Source: Verrucomicrobiota bacterium (GTDB lineage: Bacteria > Verrucomicrobiota > Verrucomicrobiia > Limisphaerales > Palsa-1400). Taken from it: 64,000 nucleotides of DNA. The notes below the pieces were generated by a model that worked only from the letters and a program-made list of their open reading frames with translations, did no database searches and was not told the origin of the DNA. The stretch spans positions 32,001 through 96,000 of the forward strand of contig JBEKYR010000012.1 of assembly GCA_049510745.1 (NCBI GenBank). The letters run 5' to 3'. Made by a program: the position numbers and the translations under genes. Shown one piece after another: positions 58,861 to 64,000 of this stretch (positions are counted from its first letter, which is position 1; each line of letters opens with the position of its first letter).

Positions 58861-58909
58861 CGGAGGTAAAAAGGTGGGCGGTGGCTGCGGCCAGCCCGGC
58901 GGCGAGGCC

Positions 58910-59323
58910 TTAGTGGTGGCGGCGGCGGCGTTTGACGGTGATCTGGGCCAGGGAATTGGCCAGGGCGGCGTGGACGGTCGCGGCCTCTTCGTCATCGAGT
59001 TGGTCGGCCAGGCGGGCTTCGGCCCGGCGCCGGGCTTCCTCGGCTTTGGTTTCGTCAATTTGCTCGGCCGGGATGGCCATGTCGGTCAACACCGCCACGT
59101 GGTCGCCCGTGATTTCGACAAAGCCGTCGCCGACGGCGAGGTAGAATTCCTGCCCGTCCTTGCGCACGACGATTTCGCCGGCGACCAATTGAGTCATCAA
59201 GGGGACGTGGTTGGGATAAACGCCCATCTCGCCTTCCGCGCCCGGCAAGGTGACCATCTCGACTTGATCGGAGAAGGCCTGGGAGTCGGGCGTGACGATT
59301 TCAAGCTGGAGTGTGTTCGCCAT
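58910..59323 (-). CDS. atpC: ATP synthase F1 epsilon subunit
   Basis: LEIVTP, PGAEGEMGVYPNHVP, GFVEI; follows atpD. Confidence 0.95.
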   Translation of the reverse strand: MANTLQLEIVTPDSQAFSDQVEMVTLPGAEGEMGVYPNHVPLMTQLVAGEIVVRKDGQEFYLAVGDGFVEITGDHVAVLTDMAIPAEQIDETKAEEARRRAEARLADQLDDEEAATVHAALANSLAQITVKRRRRHH

Positions 59324-60793
<1,470 letters not shown>

Positions 60794-60859
60794 TCAAGGG
60801 CGCATTGCGTAACTTTGCGCTTTGAATTTGGGCCGGTTGCCGCCATTTTGGCGGTTGAC

Positions 60860-61648
60860 ATGAAGAAACTATTTCGCACCGCTCTCCTGGCGCTGGCGGC
60901 GGCCGCGGTGACGGGTTGCGCGTCCAAGACCAGGGTGCCTTACCACGCGGGCGATGAGGCCCCGCCCGATTTTCTGGCGGGTCCGGTGGCGGTCTTGCTC
61001 ACGAACTTCGAGGGCTTTAGCGCCAGTCTGACCGCGTCGCTGCCCCGGCGCACCGGCGAGCAACGCTTCGTTTCCGGCGACCTGCTGGAACGGGAAGGGC
61101 GGCTGATCTTCCAGCCCTCGACCGCCGTCAAGGGCAAACGCAAGCGCAGCGAAGGGGGGATGTTTTTCATCTGGCACGAGGACAGGAACGCGGGTTTTGT
61201 CTTGAGCGATCCGTTGCAGGCCTACGCGCAGATCGCGTGCAGCGTCCAGGTGACCAACCTGGTCTGGAAAACCAGCGGCGCGGTCGCGGAGGCGGCGGGC
61301 GGGCATCCGTGCCGGCGGGTCGAGGCCGTGGTCGAGTCCAGCGACGGTTTGTCGGCGCGGTATCTGGTCTGGCAGGCGGAGGACGCCAAATGGTTTCCGG
61401 TGCGGATTGCGTCGGCGGACGGGGTGCGGGGGTTGACGCTGGATTTCACCAATATCCGGCTGGAACTGCCGCCGCCGGAACTATTCTATCCGCCGGACGG
61501 CTTTACCAAGTATGAATCTCCCACTGCCTTGATGAACGAACTGATCGTGCGCCAAAGCACGTACGTGAAGGGGTCGGGCGGGGAGAGGGAAGGAGAACCG
61601 GTGCCGGCGGTCGGTCCCGCAAACTGGCGTCCGGGCCAAGCCCGCTAG
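60860..61648 (+). CDS. Hypothetical lipoprotein
   Basis: MKK + hydrophobic stretch + AVTGC lipobox; GHPC, W.A.D...FPVRI, LF.PPDGFTKY. Confidence 0.7.
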   Translation: MKKLFRTALLALAAAAVTGCASKTRVPYHAGDEAPPDFLAGPVAVLLTNFEGFSASLTASLPRRTGEQRFVSGDLLEREGRLIFQPSTAVKGKRKRSEGGMFFIWHEDRNAGFVLSDPLQAYAQIACSVQVTNLVWKTSGAVAEAAGGHPCRRVEAVVESSDGLSARYLVWQAEDAKWFPVRIASADGVRGLTLDFTNIRLELPPPELFYPPDGFTKYESPTALMNELIVRQSTYVKGSGGEREGEPVPAVGPANWRPGQAR

Positions 61649-61724
61649 TGATGCCGGGGGAGTAATTCAATGAATCAATTCCCGGCGTCCTGTGTCTAAG
61701 CAATACTGAAAAGCTGACTCAACT

Positions 61725-63062
61725 ATGCCAACCAACCAGCCGCCCACTGGGCCGCCTTTACCTCAAGCCAACCCCTCGTCCCGCCCAGCTCCGGAAACTT
61801 CCGCGGCGCCGAAGCCGCGCCGTGGCTTTGGGTTTGTCATCATCGTTGTGGCTGTGCTCTGCGTGGCCGGCCTGGTTTGGCTGGTCAAATACCGCCAGGC
61901 CGAAGCGGCAGCCAAAACGAGCGCCCGCGGGCGGGCCGATATGGCCATTCCCGTCACCGCCGGACGGGTGACGCGCAAGGATGTGCCCATTTACCTGGAT
62001 GGCCTGGGGACGGCCCAGGCGTATAACACCGTGACGGTCAAGACGCGTGTCGATGGCCAATTGGTGCGGGTGGCGTTTACGGAGGGGCAGGACGTGCATC
62101 CGGGGGACTTGCTGGCGCAGATCGATCCACGTCCGTTCAAGGCGGCGCTGGAACAGGCGCAAGCGAAGAAGAAACAAGATGAAGCGCAATTGGCCAACGC
62201 CAAAGTGGATTTGCAGCGCGATCAGGACCTGGTCAAAGACAAGATTGTGACCGAGCAGGCGCTGGCGACCCAACAGTCGCTGGTCGATCAATTGGAGGGA
62301 ACCGTCCAGGCCGACCAAGCCGGCATCGACAGCGCCCAGGTGCAACTGGATTACACGACCATCAGCTCGCCGCTGGAGGGCCGGTGCGGCGTGCGCCTGG
62401 TTGATCAGGGCAACATCGTTCATGCCACCGACACCAACGGCTTGGTGGTCATCACCCAATTGCGTCCCATTTTTGTCGTGTTCACCCTGCCGGAGCAAGA
62501 TGTTGGCATCATCTCCCGCCAAATGGCCCAAGGCCCGGTCACTGTTCTGGCCCTGGATCACGACAACAAAACGGTCCTGGACACGGGAACGGTGGCGGTG
62601 ATGGACAACCAGATTGACACCACGACGGGCACGATCAAACTCAAGGCGGCGTTTCCCAACCAGGACCTGCGCCTTTGCCCCGGCCAATTCGTCAATCCGC
62701 GCGTCCTGGTCGAAAAGACCAACGGATTGGTCGTGCCCGAAAACGTCATTCAGCGCGGTCCCGAGGGCGAGTACGTCTTCACCATCGTCGGGCAGGGAAG
62801 CAATCTGACAGTGAAATTGACGCCGGTGACAGTGGGACGGATGCAAGACGACTGGGCGTTGGTCGCAAAAGGACTGACCAACGGGCAGGAAGTGGTGGTG
62901 GACGGGCAATACCGATTGGAAGACGGATCGAAAGTCAATGTCCAGGATGCCGAGCATCCTGCCGGTTCGGCGGGCGATCTGGGGCACGGCACCCGGCGCG
63001 GGAGCGGCGGCGGAACCAACCACCCGCCGGCCAATCACCCGCCCAAAGAATCCGGCGCGTGA
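61725..63062 (+). CDS. RND efflux periplasmic adaptor (MdtA/MuxA-like)
   Basis: GLGT..A.NTVTV..RVDG.L, IDPRP, G.RLVDQGN, DNQIDTTTGTIKLKA. Confidence 0.93.
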   Translation: MPTNQPPTGPPLPQANPSSRPAPETSAAPKPRRGFGFVIIVVAVLCVAGLVWLVKYRQAEAAAKTSARGRADMAIPVTAGRVTRKDVPIYLDGLGTAQAYNTVTVKTRVDGQLVRVAFTEGQDVHPGDLLAQIDPRPFKAALEQAQAKKKQDEAQLANAKVDLQRDQDLVKDKIVTEQALATQQSLVDQLEGTVQADQAGIDSAQVQLDYTTISSPLEGRCGVRLVDQGNIVHATDTNGLVVITQLRPIFVVFTLPEQDVGIISRQMAQGPVTVLALDHDNKTVLDTGTVAVMDNQIDTTTGTIKLKAAFPNQDLRLCPGQFVNPRVLVEKTNGLVVPENVIQRGPEGEYVFTIVGQGSNLTVKLTPVTVGRMQDDWALVAKGLTNGQEVVVDGQYRLEDGSKVNVQDAEHPAGSAGDLGHGTRRGSGGGTNHPPANHPPKESGA

Positions 63063-64000
63063 GCATTTCCGAGCCATTCATCCGCCGACCGATCGCCACG
63101 TCGCTGCTCATGGCGGGGGTGCTTCTGATGGGATTCCTGGGCTATGAACTGTTGCCGATCTCGGCCCTGCCCCCGGTTGATTTCCCCACCATCCAGATCG
63201 TGGCGCAATATCCCGGCGCCAGCCCGGACGTCATGGCCTCGTCGGTCACCACGCCGTTGGAGCGGCAATTCGGCCAGATCAGCGGGCTTTCGCAGATGAC
63301 TTCCATCAGTTCGTTCGGCACGACGACCATCACCCTCCAGTTCACGCTGGATCGGAACATAGATTCCGCCGCCCAAGACGTGCAGGCGGCCATCAACGCG
63401 GCCAGCGGCGTGCTGCCCACCGGCATGCCCAACCCGCCGATCTTTAACAAAGTCAACCCCGCCGACACCCCAATCCTGACCCTCCAACTGACGTCCAAGG
63501 AACTCCCGCTGGCCAAAGTCAACGACCTGGCCGACACGGTTCTGGCCCAAAAATTGAGCGAAGTCACCGGCGTGGGGCTGGTCACCATCGAGGGCAATCA
63601 GAAACCGGCCGTTCGAGTGCGGATCAATCCGGCGGTCCTCGCCACTCTGGGACTGGGGATGGAAGACGTGCGCAGCGCCCTGATGTTGAACAACATCAAT
63701 CTGCCCAAAGGCAGTTTCGACGGCCGCCAGCAGGCCTATGCCATCGGCGCCAACGACCAGCTTTTCTCCGCCGCCGATTTCGGCAACGTCATCGTCAAAG
63801 TGGTCAACGGAGCGCCGATCCGCCTCAAGGACATCGGCGAGGTGGTGGACGACGTGGAGAACGTGCATCTCGCGGGATGGGTCAACAATAAGTCTGCCGT
63901 GATCGTGGACATCCAGCGCCAGCCCGGGGCCAACATCATCCAGACGGCCGACCGGGTCAAGGCCTTGCTGCCCCGGCTGCGCACGAGCATCCCGCCCTCC
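63059..64000 (+). CDS. RND efflux permease (MdtB/MdtC-like), truncated by the window end
   Basis: GTGA overlap; MSISEPFIRRPIATSLLM, LPPVDFPTIQ, MASSVTTPLERQFGQI, KVNPADTPIL. Confidence 0.93.
   Translation, partial: MSISEPFIRRPIATSLLMAGVLLMGFLGYELLPISALPPVDFPTIQIVAQYPGASPDVMASSVTTPLERQFGQISGLSQMTSISSFGTTTITLQFTLDRNIDSAAQDVQAAINAASGVLPTGMPNPPIFNKVNPADTPILTLQLTSKELPLAKVNDLADTVLAQKLSEVTGVGLVTIEGNQKPAVRVRINPAVLATLGLGMEDVRSALMLNNINLPKGSFDGRQQAYAIGANDQLFSAADFGNVIVKVVNGAPIRLKDIGEVVDDVENVHLAGWVNNKSAVIVDIQRQPGANIIQTADRVKALLPRLRTSIPPS

Overview
GC-rich bacterial chromosome segment, probably Verrucomicrobiota (inferred from a Minf_1886-type gene, PVC-type C-terminal domains on secreted proteins and the gene families present). 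Most of it is housekeeping and envelope genes: pdxH, apbE, an ECF sigma operon, ffs-dnaX-ybaB-recR, lpxB, leuS, msrA, rdgB, ubiX, manC, trpA, atpDC and an mdtAB-like RND pump. It also encodes three large secreted proteins: a LamG/Ig protein, a GH78 and a 2,297-aa protein with three cyclophilin modules. Small AT-richer accessory patches are scattered through it. The best candidate for an undescribed system is a 1,490-bp transposase-less element at 56082-57571. It has 22-bp terminal inverted repeats and an 8-bp near-perfect target duplication (IS1595-family-like ends) and carries a translationally coupled pair: a proteasome-beta/Ntn-hydrolase-like protein with Ser1 and an HNH nuclease. A possible restriction-enzyme remnant lies beside it. 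Other notable items are two orphan antitoxins that keep the overlapping start codon of a missing toxin, a decayed attC-like site, a REP-like family next to TA genes, probable leaderless promoters and an unlisted 43-aa membrane ORF. All calls come from reading the sequence by eye; no searches were run.
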